Source: an uncultured virus (IMG/VR IMGVR_UViG_3300027887_000010)
Lineage: Duplodnaviria > Heunggongvirae > Uroviricota > Caudoviricetes
Reading direction: 5' to 3' (one strand)
Virus record (IMG/VR): IMGVR_UViG_3300027887_000010
Length of the DNA stretch: 64,000 nt
Part shown: positions 16,043 through 25,614 of the stretch, one piece after another
Layout: every line of letters starts with the position of its first letter
Position numbering within the stretch: position 1 is the stretch's first letter
Program-made: the position numbers and the translations under genes
Notes under the pieces: generated by a model
The model's input: the letters and a program-made list of their open reading frames with translations, nothing else
Database searches by the model: none
Told to the model about the DNA's origin: nothing

Positions 16043-18706
16043 ATGTCTACCTTCACCCTCTCCGCCGACAGTAACTTCGCCGATGCAAGCATTGGTGGAG
16101 CAGCTACGTCTGGACGCGCAGGAGGTGATACATACAATATTCAAAACGGATTCACACTCATACAAGATACTGATACTCGCTATGGTCCTAATACTGTAAT
16201 AACTACTGGACCAGCCGGTGTTGTCACCATTAACGCTTCAACCGGCGGCATGTGGAAGCTCGACGGGAGCAATGTCTGGCTAATCCCCTACACAGGGGGC
16301 AGCGGATCGACCTCAGCGGCTGGTGGCACGGAAATGACCGTCACGCAGGGTGGCGTTACCGGAAAGATCATTGGCTTCTGGTCGGCAATTAACGCGGCTC
16401 CTGTAGCCTACACGGCAGCGGCGATCCCCGCGACGGGCTTCATCAAGGTGCGCCAGGTCTCGGGCGGGTCCTTTAGCTCGGGCGGTGGCGCCTTGTCCTT
16501 CGTGGGCGGTACTTCACTGGCGGCGACGATTAGCGGCAATCAGACGCCTGGTTGGATCGAGGTCTCGATGGACGTCTCTTCAACCATCACGATCGGTCGG
16601 ACGGGCACATTCCAGACTCGAGGCGGGTGGTTTGAGCTTGGTACGACCAACGGTTCACGCGGACAGACATTCAACTTGCCAACCTCGGGCAGCACGGCTT
16701 TCTACGTGCCAGGGGTGTGGATCGAAACAGCAGCTGGCAGCGGCACCTACGCTTATTGGGCTTGCATGACCGCAGCAGCGGGAGGCGGATGGGCGAATAC
16801 CACTCAGGGCACCGACGCCCGCTCCCAATTTGTGCAATGTACTGGCGCATTGATCCGCATCGGGTCGGACGGCACCAACAACATTGGCGACCTGCCGGCT
16901 ACCGGGCGCAAGGTCCGCATTCCGAACATCTTCCTTGTCGAGAACACAACGGCGCAGCGGGGTAACACCGCTGTACCCAACGTCGTCCAAGGTACTCGCC
17001 CCGAGTTCGCCGTGACAGGCGGCGCGGTGATGGACATGCAGGTCACCTGCTGCAACTGGTATCTGAACCTGCTGCAGGCATACTCCATCAACTTCGTGAA
17101 CGTCGCGGTCGCTGACCTTATCCTCATTCAGGAGTGCGCCTCGCCTGTGAACTGGAACGGAGGCGGCGTTGGCGTCTGCACAATCCTGACCACCGGCACC
17201 TATGCGCTGTCGATGACCTCCTGTCTGGCTGGCGGGACGATCGAGAACTGTCAGTTCATTCGCGGCGGCACAGTGGCGGGATCGGCCTATGGCAACTACG
17301 CCGTGACCTGCCTGGGGCAGACATTTAACAATTGCTACTTCGGCACGGCGATCCTGCGCTCTAACAACACCGTAGCCTACGGCTTCTATGCCACTCAGTC
17401 GAACAACCTGACATTCACCAACTGCATCAACGGCGCGGCGGGTTATCAATTGGTCACTTGCGCTAACGTCAGATTCACCGGCTCGATCATCTACGATCGC
17501 ACCGTTAGTACAACCCTGACTACCTACCCGGCCTACTGTTGGGCATTGAGCGCGAAGTGTGCCGACATCACAATCGACGGTCTGAGTACCAACGGCATAA
17601 GCAACGTTCAGCCGTACAACGCTATCCTAGCGGTTGCCAACTCCGACCGCATCAAGATCCGCAACATCGGTACTCCGGCGTCAAAGTACGCTCTTGGTGG
17701 AACTAACCCATCGCGCTACATCTTTGCCCTGCAAGGCAACAATTACGACGTGAGGCTGCAACGCATCTATACCTCGGGTGCTGCAACAGCCTCCGGCACC
17801 TACCTCAACTCCGACAAGAAGATTCTGGTTGAGCATGTGTGGGGTGATACTGGCGACAAGATTGTTGGATCGGGCACATCTGACGGACCACTCGAGGCTA
17901 TTTGGAAGGGCTGCATGGGTGAATCCGGCACGCTTCAGGCCAGCTTCACATCGGTCTATGGCTCGGAGTTCTGGGACTGCTTTACCAGCGCAACCACTGG
18001 CCGGCTCGGTCTGATTATGAACGAGCCAACGACAGCGTATGCGTCGTATGTCACGACCACCGGCACCGGCAAATTCACTTCCGCAGGCAACCTTTACCTG
18101 CCGACCAGTGGTGACTCGGCCACCTTTGAATGGCCGCATTTTGTCCTAGGCTACACCCGCTTCGCCAACTCGGCTGTGGTTCTGACGGGTGGCACAACGG
18201 TATCCGCAAGGATGAAGCTAAATTACGCGATCGACACCGGCTCGGGTTTCGGTTCATGGTCGTCCGATTACACCAACCTGACCACTCTTGGCACCGACCT
18301 CTACAACCTCGGTGTGTTGTCGGCGACCACCGGATTCAAGATTAAGATCAAGATCACCTGCACATCGACCGATCTAGCGAACAATACAATCAACACGTTT
18401 TACATCGCCCTAACGACGGATGCGACCAGCCAGACAACAACGTATCCGCTCGATACTGCGACGGTGACGATGACAGGTCTGGTTGCTGGTTCCCGCGTAA
18501 TCTTCAAAAAAAATTCAGATGGGACTGTGCTGGAGCAGAAGACAGAGTCATCCGGTTCGGCATCTATTGTCACAGATTACATTGGTGAGATTAAGATTAT
18601 TGCTCGCAAGGCAAGTGCTGCTCCGTATTACAAGGAATTTCAAACAGTTGTAACATCTGTGGCAGGAGCGACAACTACAGCTACAGCTCTACAAATACAG
18701 GATTGA
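16043..18706 (+). CDS. Large virion protein with beta-helix-like repeats (spike/depolymerase-like)
   Basis: Repeated N/C-x-F motifs (IENCQF, FNNCYF, FTNCIN); visibly GC-richer than its flanks. Confidence 0.55.
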   Translation: MSTFTLSADSNFADASIGGAATSGRAGGDTYNIQNGFTLIQDTDTRYGPNTVITTGPAGVVTINASTGGMWKLDGSNVWLIPYTGGSGSTSAAGGTEMTVTQGGVTGKIIGFWSAINAAPVAYTAAAIPATGFIKVRQVSGGSFSSGGGALSFVGGTSLAATISGNQTPGWIEVSMDVSSTITIGRTGTFQTRGGWFELGTTNGSRGQTFNLPTSGSTAFYVPGVWIETAAGSGTYAYWACMTAAAGGGWANTTQGTDARSQFVQCTGALIRIGSDGTNNIGDLPATGRKVRIPNIFLVENTTAQRGNTAVPNVVQGTRPEFAVTGGAVMDMQVTCCNWYLNLLQAYSINFVNVAVADLILIQECASPVNWNGGGVGVCTILTTGTYALSMTSCLAGGTIENCQFIRGGTVAGSAYGNYAVTCLGQTFNNCYFGTAILRSNNTVAYGFYATQSNNLTFTNCINGAAGYQLVTCANVRFTGSIIYDRTVSTTLTTYPAYCWALSAKCADITIDGLSTNGISNVQPYNAILAVANSDRIKIRNIGTPASKYALGGTNPSRYIFALQGNNYDVRLQRIYTSGAATASGTYLNSDKKILVEHVWGDTGDKIVGSGTSDGPLEAIWKGCMGESGTLQASFTSVYGSEFWDCFTSATTGRLGLIMNEPTTAYASYVTTTGTGKFTSAGNLYLPTSGDSATFEWPHFVLGYTRFANSAVVLTGGTTVSARMKLNYAIDTGSGFGSWSSDYTNLTTLGTDLYNLGVLSATTGFKIKIKITCTSTDLANNTINTFYIALTTDATSQTTTYPLDTATVTMTGLVAGSRVIFKKNSDGTVLEQKTESSGSASIVTDYIGEIKIIARKASAAPYYKEFQTVVTSVAGATTTATALQIQD

Positions 18707-18718
18707 TACAAGAGAATT

Positions 18719-19603
18719 ATGGCTATTAGCATCAATTACCTGACAAATGTGATCTATGTGCCGCAGAGTTTTCTGACGCCACTTGGAGGATTACGTTATC
18801 AGTTAGATGTCAATGCTTTTCGTAACGCTCTTAAAGATTTGGAAGACGACCCTGAAGGAATGGTGATACCGGATACACATCGGCACAGCACTGAAAGTAT
18901 ATTGTCTGGGGTAACGTATGCAAGACAAGTTGAAATTTTATCACCCTATACTGTTGAATTTGAAAACGGTATGTATCAGGTAGAATGTATTGGAGCTAAC
19001 CACAATATTCTAGATCGAAAGGTTGTTAATTCGGTATCTCTTGTTATTGGAAACTCAGCTGGTCTTATTTCTGTGAATACTGGCGGAGGTGGTGGTTCAT
19101 CCGCTGCAGATGTCTGGGCTTATCCATCAAGAACACTTACGTCTTCAACTGTTGGAATGTTCTCTACGCCTCTTGCATTTAAAGCGGATTCCAATACATC
19201 TGCTGCGGATCCTGGTACAGGCGACCTTCGTTGGAACAACAGCACACAAAACGAGGCTACCTCCCTTTATCTTAATTCTGTGACAGATAGCGGTCTTGAC
19301 CTGTCTAACTACATCAACACTATTTCTGCTGGTAGCACTTTGTTTGTACAGGAAAAAGACGATGCTGCAAAGTACCAGAAATGGCAGATTGGTACAATCA
19401 CAAATAATATCGGATGGATGACGATTCCCGTTTCACTGTTGGCATCGTCCGGCGGAAACATAGCCAACAACCAACAGATTGTTCTTGTGTTTAATAACCT
19501 TAATGTGGTCAATGTTGCTCCGACTGCTGAGGAAAATGCAAATGCAGTTGCAACACATCCCGAAACTTTAACCGTTCACAAATACATAGGACTCGCTCCA
19601 TGA
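18719..19603 (+). CDS. Putative virion protein
   Basis: Gly linker, then SAADVWAY; ends the accessory module. Confidence 0.55.
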   Translation: MAISINYLTNVIYVPQSFLTPLGGLRYQLDVNAFRNALKDLEDDPEGMVIPDTHRHSTESILSGVTYARQVEILSPYTVEFENGMYQVECIGANHNILDRKVVNSVSLVIGNSAGLISVNTGGGGGSSAADVWAYPSRTLTSSTVGMFSTPLAFKADSNTSAADPGTGDLRWNNSTQNEATSLYLNSVTDSGLDLSNYINTISAGSTLFVQEKDDAAKYQKWQIGTITNNIGWMTIPVSLLASSGGNIANNQQIVLVFNNLNVVNVAPTAEENANAVATHPETLTVHKYIGLAP

Positions 19604-20142
19604 TGATTATCACTGCAATCATTGGTTTTCTTGCCCCGTTCCTTCCGGAACTTTTAAAGTTCTTTAATAGGGGACAGGATAATGCACACGAATTAAAAGT
19701 TCTAGAGTTACAACTACAACGCGGAGCACAAGAACATCTTTGGCGGATGGAAGAGATTTCATCTACAGCGGATATCAAAGAGGGTGAATTACTTCATGCT
19801 CCTATGAACTCTTTCGGGGTACAACTTTTGGATGCTGCAAAAGGTCATGGTCTATCGGGTTGGGCTTTGTACCCCGTTTTTTATACATTTGCTCTTTTAG
19901 ATTTTCTTTCTGGAATGGTTCGTCCTGGAATTACATACGCAGCATTCGCTTTCTACATGGTAGTAAAGTGGGCACAATTTACAGTTTATCAAGATGCTGG
20001 AAGTGAATTTGAATCTGCTTTATTAAATATCTGGAATGATGAAGATAGGGCAATTCTAGTTTTAGTTTTATCTTACTGGTTTGGACAACGTTCTGCTAAG
20101 GCTGCTTTTGGTGGTTCTTCATTGACAGCATATAAAAACTAA
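19600..20142 (+). CDS. Holin-like membrane protein (3TM type)
   Basis: VRP.ITY motif, ...YWFG.R C-terminus; adjacent to the endolysin. Confidence 0.65.
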   Translation: MMIITAIIGFLAPFLPELLKFFNRGQDNAHELKVLELQLQRGAQEHLWRMEEISSTADIKEGELLHAPMNSFGVQLLDAAKGHGLSGWALYPVFYTFALLDFLSGMVRPGITYAAFAFYMVVKWAQFTVYQDAGSEFESALLNIWNDEDRAILVLVLSYWFGQRSAKAAFGGSSLTAYKN

Positions 20143-20675
20143 TGACATTAGGACCCATGACAAGTGAGTACCAACGAGCTTTGGTATTGGCGGAAGAGAT
20201 TGCAAAGCCGTTCGAATCTTGCAGACTTAGTGCCTATTGGGACTGTGCAGGTTTCCCCACAAACGGATGGGGAAATTTGCTCTCCAGAGTTACAAAACCA
20301 AAAGTCATGCAACAGTTTGGATTTAGTAGCTCAGAAGCCGATGAATGGCTCCATACGCAATGGCCAGACATAACACAAGAGAAAGCAGATAGGGATTTTA
20401 GAATCAACCTTGATAAAGCATTTACATCAGTGCGGAGACTTGTTAAAATTCCTCTTAAAGCAGGACAAATAGCTGCATTAATCGATTTTGCATTTAATCT
20501 CGGAGCTGGAAATTTACAAGCTTCGACTCTTTTGAGGTTAATAAATAGAAGTGAATTCTTAGAAGCTGCTGATCAGTTTCTCCGATGGAACAAAGCAGGA
20601 GGTGTTATTCTAAAGGGATTGACAAGAAGGTGTTATGCAAGGCGCCAAATGTTTCTAGAATGGACAACGATATGA
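20142..20675 (+). CDS. Endolysin, GH24 lysozyme
   Basis: FE.CRL.AY.D.AG.PT.GWG catalytic E/D/T; ALIDFAFNLG; RWNKAGG..LKGLTRR. Confidence 0.9.
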   Translation: MTLGPMTSEYQRALVLAEEIAKPFESCRLSAYWDCAGFPTNGWGNLLSRVTKPKVMQQFGFSSSEADEWLHTQWPDITQEKADRDFRINLDKAFTSVRRLVKIPLKAGQIAALIDFAFNLGAGNLQASTLLRLINRSEFLEAADQFLRWNKAGGVILKGLTRRCYARRQMFLEWTTI

Positions 20676-21118
20676 CTGCTGCCAAATATAGATTTCTTAC
20701 ATTAATCTTCCATTCAGATTTACATGGAATTCGAATTATCCTTGGTTTAAGTGAAGTTTTATGGGCAGTAACCCTTCTTTGGACAGGTGTTACTTTCGAC
20801 AGACCAGTCTATTATATAATGTCACATATTATGCCAGAAGAAGCTTGGGGTTTGATTTTTCTTCTTTCAGGTATAACACAATTTAGTATAGTCTATAAGC
20901 TTGACTATAACTCAAGATTTTCTACCTACTTTGCGGGTTGGAATATGGCTTTATGGATATATGTGGTTATATCCATGTATCTTAGTGTTAGCCCTATACC
21001 TGCTGCAATTAGCGGAGATACAGCAATTGCAATTGGTGCAGCTTGGATATGGATAAGATCTGGTCATACAGGACTTGGAAGACGACACGACGATAAGGAT
21101 TGTCATGGTTCAGAATGA
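20672..21118 (+). CDS. Multi-TM membrane protein of the lysis cassette
   Basis: About four hydrophobic segments; ATGA overlap with the endolysin. Confidence 0.6.
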   Translation: MTAAKYRFLTLIFHSDLHGIRIILGLSEVLWAVTLLWTGVTFDRPVYYIMSHIMPEEAWGLIFLLSGITQFSIVYKLDYNSRFSTYFAGWNMALWIYVVISMYLSVSPIPAAISGDTAIAIGAAWIWIRSGHTGLGRRHDDKDCHGSE

Positions 21119-21482
21119 AATTGCTAATTATGGCTTCGGCTTGTTTGGAGTTGCCACAATTGCTATGCTGGCTTTAAGATGGGCAATCCGAGCTTTTCAT
21201 GTCGATACATTAGCTATTAAAAGTCAACATGCAGAAATAAACGTTATTGATCGCCTTGAAAGTGAAATCATAAGATTAGAAGAAATTATCGGGGAACAAC
21301 AACAGCAATTATCTAAGATGTCCATTGCTCAAGCAAACTTCGTAAAACTATTAAATAATCAACGTGTAATTCTAATGACAGTTGAAATGGTCATTGAAAA
21401 TATGTGTAGTTGTGATACCGCAGCTAAGAAAAAGATTAGCAAGCTTATTGGAGAACTTATCTCAGTAGAAGAGGTTGCGTAA
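21105..21482 (+). CDS. N-terminal TM plus coiled-coil protein (lysis accessory?)
   Basis: Hydrophobic N-terminus and heptad repeats. Confidence 0.55.
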   Translation: MVQNEIANYGFGLFGVATIAMLALRWAIRAFHVDTLAIKSQHAEINVIDRLESEIIRLEEIIGEQQQQLSKMSIAQANFVKLLNNQRVILMTVEMVIENMCSCDTAAKKKISKLIGELISVEEVA

Positions 21483-21991
21483 TGTCATTTGTTGTAGAAG
21501 ATGGAAGTGGAAAAGTAGATGCAAATGTATATTGCGATGTTGCATTTGCAGATGCTTATTTTCTTGAAAGAAATATCCTAACTTGGACTGGCAATAATAC
21601 AATTAAGCAAGCTGTTTTAATTCAAGCAACTGATTATATTGAACTTAGGTTTAGCCATCTTTTCAAAGGTGAAAAGAAATCTTCTGAACAAGCTTTAAGC
21701 TTTCCAAGAATTAGTACAGACTTTGCTGAAATGCCTATTTGTCTCTTACGTGCATGTTGTGAATATGCACTCCGCGCAATTCCGTCAATCTTACTTCCAG
21801 ATCCAAAAATTGATCCTACTGGTAAAGGTCTAGAACGAGTTCGTAAACGTGTTGGACCAATTGAGACAGAAACTAGATATCAGTATCAAGGTGCTGGTAC
21901 AATTGCTACAATTATTCATCCTTATCCTGCTGCAGATGGCTTGTTAAAAAATCTTATCTACCCATCTGGTGGAAGAGTCATTCGTGGCTAA
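21482..21991 (+). CDS. Head-tail adaptor (DnaT-like phage family)
   Basis: FVVEDGSG..DANVY.....ADAYF..R; Q.L.FPR. Confidence 0.75.
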   Translation: MSFVVEDGSGKVDANVYCDVAFADAYFLERNILTWTGNNTIKQAVLIQATDYIELRFSHLFKGEKKSSEQALSFPRISTDFAEMPICLLRACCEYALRAIPSILLPDPKIDPTGKGLERVRKRVGPIETETRYQYQGAGTIATIIHPYPAADGLLKNLIYPSGGRVIRG

Positions 21992-22373
21992 TTATGATGA
22001 ATTTGTAACGTTAGCAAATGAGCTTCTGCTTGAGTCGGGAACTCTTGTTACCTTACAACAACTTGGATCAATATCCGAAGAACCTACAAAGCCTTGGAAA
22101 GGTTCTGAACAGACGGATATTGCTATGGAATATAAAAACGTTTCAGCAGTATTTGTTCCAATCATTGGTAAAGACTTGGGAATTGTTATTAATGATAAAG
22201 AACTATTAAAACGAACAAAACAGGTTGCAATTTGTGCTCCGATTGCAGAAGGTATTGAAGATAAAATTAACAGAGTTAAAGACCGAAATGGTGTAACGTG
22301 GAAGGTTGTTTGGGCACAATGTCTAAGACCTGCTGAACAGACAATTCTTTATTATTTCGGGATTGAAAGATGA
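21984..22373 (+). CDS. Head closure/stopper protein
   Basis: Position between adaptor and tail terminator; P.KPW motif. Confidence 0.6.
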   Translation: MANYDEFVTLANELLLESGTLVTLQQLGSISEEPTKPWKGSEQTDIAMEYKNVSAVFVPIIGKDLGIVINDKELLKRTKQVAICAPIAEGIEDKINRVKDRNGVTWKVVWAQCLRPAEQTILYYFGIER

Positions 22374-22774
22374 CTCTAGAACAAGCCCGTGATATTATTT
22401 ATAATGTCTTTTACGCAGCATGGGGTGAAATTGGTCCCGTAGTATGGGACGATATTCCCGCTACGGTGCCTAGTACCGACAAACCGTGGGCAAGGGTTGT
22501 TTTAAAGCATAACGGTGGTGGCCAAAGTAGTTTAGCTGGCGAAGTTGGTACACGTCGTTTTAATCGTTATGGTATAGTAGCAGTTAAGATTTTTGTCCCT
22601 GTTGGTGGCGGTCAAACCAAAGCGTATCAACTGGCACAAATGGTATCCAACGCCTATGAAGATGCAAGGTTGGACGTGTGGTTCCGCAACACGCGAATTC
22701 AAGAAGTTGGGGCGAGCGGAGCCTTTGAACAAATTGATGTCCTAACGGACTTTCTTTACGACGAAGTGAGGTAA
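22370..22774 (+). CDS. Tail terminator protein
   Basis: PWARV..H....Q.SL...G.V.V.IF.P.G.G pattern; precedes the tail tube gene. Confidence 0.65.
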   Translation: MTLEQARDIIYNVFYAAWGEIGPVVWDDIPATVPSTDKPWARVVLKHNGGGQSSLAGEVGTRRFNRYGIVAVKIFVPVGGGQTKAYQLAQMVSNAYEDARLDVWFRNTRIQEVGASGAFEQIDVLTDFLYDEVR

Positions 22775-22779
22775 TTCAA

Positions 22780-24309
22780 ATGGCAAACAAGATTGACAGT
22801 AACATTACGGGACTTCGCTTCGCAGAAGAAGCTTCCCTCAAGGTATTACCGGGCAGTCCAGTCTGGTATCCTTTAGAACCGAACTCCTATTCGGACTTTG
22901 GTGGACAGATTGCAACAGTTGCTCGTAATCCAATTAACTCTGGTCGCCAGCGTAAAAAGGGTGTCACAACCGATTTAGATGCATCTGGTGGTTTTAACCA
23001 AGACCTTACCCTAACAAATTCTACTCGTTTGTTGCAAGCATTTATGTTTGCGGACATCCGTGAAAAGAAAAAAACCAACGGAATGAATGCTGTTGCAGAT
23101 ACAATTTCATCTGTTACTAGCGGAACAAAGACTTTTGCTCTTTCTGCTGGCGGTGTTGGTTTTAAAGCCGGAAACCTTGTTAAAGCAACAGGTTTTTCAA
23201 CAGCAGCTAATAATGGTGTCTTTACTGTAGCCTCGGATGCAACTGCAAACGCTCTGGTTGTAACTGAATCTGTTGTGACAGAAGCTGCCCCTCCTGCAAC
23301 AGCAGCTCTGGCAGTTGTTGGGCATCAGTTTGCTTCTGCAGATGCTTCCATTGTGATGAACGGAAACCTTCCGCGATTTACTGTTGTTGCGCCCGATTTG
23401 ACCACATTTGGTTTTATTGTTGGTGAGTGGATCTACATTGGTGGTGATGCAGTTGGTACGACGTTTGCTGGTACAACTAAAGGCTTCGCTCGTATTTCTG
23501 CAATCTCTGCTAAGTACCTTGAATTTGATAAGGTTACTTGGACTACTCCTGCGGCTGATACTGGTACAGGTAAGACAATTCGCATCTTCTACGGTGACAT
23601 TCTCAAGAACGAAAATAATCCGTCCTTGATTAAGCGTCGCACACTTCAGATTGAACGTACTCTTGGCAACGATGGTATTGGTACTCAGTCTGAATATTTA
23701 GTTGGTGCAGTCGCCAACGAAATGACCTTGAATATTGCCCAAGCTGACAAGGTTACGATGGATGTTACATTTGTTGCAGTCGATAACGAGCAACGTACAG
23801 GCACAACCGGCGTCAAATCTGGAACACGCCCCACGTTGGTTGATTCTGCAGCATTTAATACATCCTCGGACTTTTCACGTATTAAACTGTCTTTGGTTTC
23901 AGCAACCGACCCAATTCCAACTCCGTTGTTTGCGTTTGCAACAGAAATGAATTTATCTGTTAATAACAACGTGACTCCTGATAAGGCAATTGGTGTCCTT
24001 GGTGCTTTTGATACAACGACAGGTACGTTTGAAGTAGGTGGTTCCCTGACAGCATACTTCGCGGATGTTACTGCTGTGCAAGCTGTTCGGAATAACAGCG
24101 ACATTACACTTGACATTATCATGGTGAAGCGTAACGCAGCTCTGCTCTGGGACATCCCACTCCTTTCGCTGGGCGATGGTCGTTTAGCTGTTGAACAAGA
24201 CCAATCGATTACACTTCCTCTGGAAACGATGGCTGCAGAATCTTCGTTCGGACATACATTGCTCTTCCAAAGCTTTGCATACTTGCCGGACGCTGCTGGC
24301 GGGGTATAA
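22780..24309 (+). CDS. Major tail tube protein
   Basis: KIDSNITGLRFAEE, RNPI..GRQRKKGVTTDLDASG; terminator downstream. Confidence 0.85.
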   Translation: MANKIDSNITGLRFAEEASLKVLPGSPVWYPLEPNSYSDFGGQIATVARNPINSGRQRKKGVTTDLDASGGFNQDLTLTNSTRLLQAFMFADIREKKKTNGMNAVADTISSVTSGTKTFALSAGGVGFKAGNLVKATGFSTAANNGVFTVASDATANALVVTESVVTEAAPPATAALAVVGHQFASADASIVMNGNLPRFTVVAPDLTTFGFIVGEWIYIGGDAVGTTFAGTTKGFARISAISAKYLEFDKVTWTTPAADTGTGKTIRIFYGDILKNENNPSLIKRRTLQIERTLGNDGIGTQSEYLVGAVANEMTLNIAQADKVTMDVTFVAVDNEQRTGTTGVKSGTRPTLVDSAAFNTSSDFSRIKLSLVSATDPIPTPLFAFATEMNLSVNNNVTPDKAIGVLGAFDTTTGTFEVGGSLTAYFADVTAVQAVRNNSDITLDIIMVKRNAALLWDIPLLSLGDGRLAVEQDQSITLPLETMAAESSFGHTLLFQSFAYLPDAAGGV

Positions 24310-24325
24310 ACTTATCCTGCTTCAC

Positions 24326-24354
24326 AAAAGGGAGCTTTGGCTCCCTTTTCTTTT
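24326..24354 (+). terminator. Rho-independent terminator
   Basis: AAAAGGGAGC-TTTG-GCTCCCTTTT then CTTTT. Confidence 0.75.
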
Positions 24355-24375
24355 AACTCAACCCGAGGTATTAAA

Positions 24376-24798
24376 ATGTCTTCATTATACGCACAATTCA
24401 AAACTGATAAATCTGTTGAGAAAGATGGTGTCATTCTTGAATACGGATTTAACTCCAAAAAGAAGCCAATTGAAATTCGTATTGCTCGTGCTGGTGGGGC
24501 GAACGTACAATACAGCAAACTTCTTGAAGCTAAGATTAAACCCTATCGTCGTCAGATTCAAAATGATACACTTGACAATGAAGTTGCAGACAAGCTCACC
24601 AAAGAAGTTTATGCTCAGGCAGTTGTTCTTGGTTGGTCCGGTGTTGAAGACGAAAACAATGTTGACATGGAATTCAGCGTTGCTAATTGTGTCAAGTTGT
24701 TTACAGACTTGCCCGACCTATGGCGTGACATTCAGGAGCAAGCTACAAAAGCTGCTTTGTTCCGTGTAGAAGTTTTAGAGGCTGACGCAAAAAACTAA
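24376..24798 (+). CDS. Tail assembly chaperone (gpG-like)
   Basis: IARAGGAN motif; ends at the slippery site A AAA AAC. Confidence 0.8.
   Translation: MSSLYAQFKTDKSVEKDGVILEYGFNSKKKPIEIRIARAGGANVQYSKLLEAKIKPYRRQIQNDTLDNEVADKLTKEVYAQAVVLGWSGVEDENNVDMEFSVANCVKLFTDLPDLWRDIQEQATKAALFRVEVLEADAKN
24789..24795 (+). other. -1 programmed ribosomal frameshift site
   Basis: A AAA AAC before the stop; the -1 frame is open into 24807-25151. Confidence 0.75.
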
Positions 24799-24806
24799 TA
24801 GAGGTC

Positions 24807-25151
24807 TTGCTCTATGCTCTTGAACAGGGCCCTACTGAAAAGTCTATTATCCAACAATGCTTTCAACAAAAGCTTCCCTTACCGGATAAGATAAGAAACG
24901 CACCAGAACTGTTCTTGGGCTTAGAGCTCTTCTACTTGAGCTTTATGGATTTATCCTCTTGTAGGGGGCAAGGCTACGGAACTGAAGGGCCAATAGGATG
25001 GTTGCAGATTAGCGACTATTGTTATATCCATGGTATAATCGGGGAACAACGCGACGATCTAATTTATCACATTCAGCGTATGGACGAAGCGTATCTTCTG
25101 TTTAAAACTAAAAAGCTTAAACAACAGACGCAGACTTCTACAAAGAAATAA
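24807..25151 (+). CDS. Tail assembly chaperone extension (gpT-like)
   Basis: Lies in the -1 frame of the upstream chaperone; no strong start of its own. Confidence 0.7.
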   Translation: MLYALEQGPTEKSIIQQCFQQKLPLPDKIRNAPELFLGLELFYLSFMDLSSCRGQGYGTEGPIGWLQISDYCYIHGIIGEQRDDLIYHIQRMDEAYLLFKTKKLKQQTQTSTKK

Positions 25152-25163
25152 CAGGAGCTTAAA

Positions 25164-25613
25164 ATGGCTAACCTTGGAAGCTTCGCTAAAAATATGCGAA
25201 AAGCTTCCAAAGCTGTTTTGACGAATGCCGACGAATTAGTTAAAGATGTCGCTAAAGGTATCCTAGCCACTGTGGTTAGTGATACACCTGTAGATAAAGG
25301 ACAAGCCCGGTCTAACTGGCAAGTTAATCTTAATGCGCCAGCGACCGGAACTCGTCTTGCTTATGTTCCAGGCAAAAAAGGTTCTACTGGGCTAGAAAAT
25401 ATAATTGCATCTACCGAAATTGGTAGTAGTAAAATTGATACCTATTCTGGTAATCAAGAAATTCACATTACAAATAACCTAGATTATATTGGCGATTTGA
25501 ACAGTGGTTCTTCTCGCCAAGCTCCGCCTGGCTATGTTCAGGATGCAGTTTTAGAAGCATTGGGTAAAGTCCAAAAAGCAGGCTTCTCCATCTTACATAA
25601 TATTGAGGTTTAG
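25164..25613 (+). CDS. HK97 gp10-like tail completion protein
   Basis: TPVD.G.ARSNW, NN..YI..LN.G.S.QAP.G.V. Confidence 0.75.
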   Translation: MANLGSFAKNMRKASKAVLTNADELVKDVAKGILATVVSDTPVDKGQARSNWQVNLNAPATGTRLAYVPGKKGSTGLENIIASTEIGSSKIDTYSGNQEIHITNNLDYIGDLNSGSSRQAPPGYVQDAVLEALGKVQKAGFSILHNIEV

Positions 25614-25614
25614 C

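Noticed and set aside
15881..18345. Several long alternative-frame ORFs (e.g. 16655-17449 minus, 15894-16199 plus)
   Set aside because: Expected shadows of a GC-rich coding region; no motifs or RBS.
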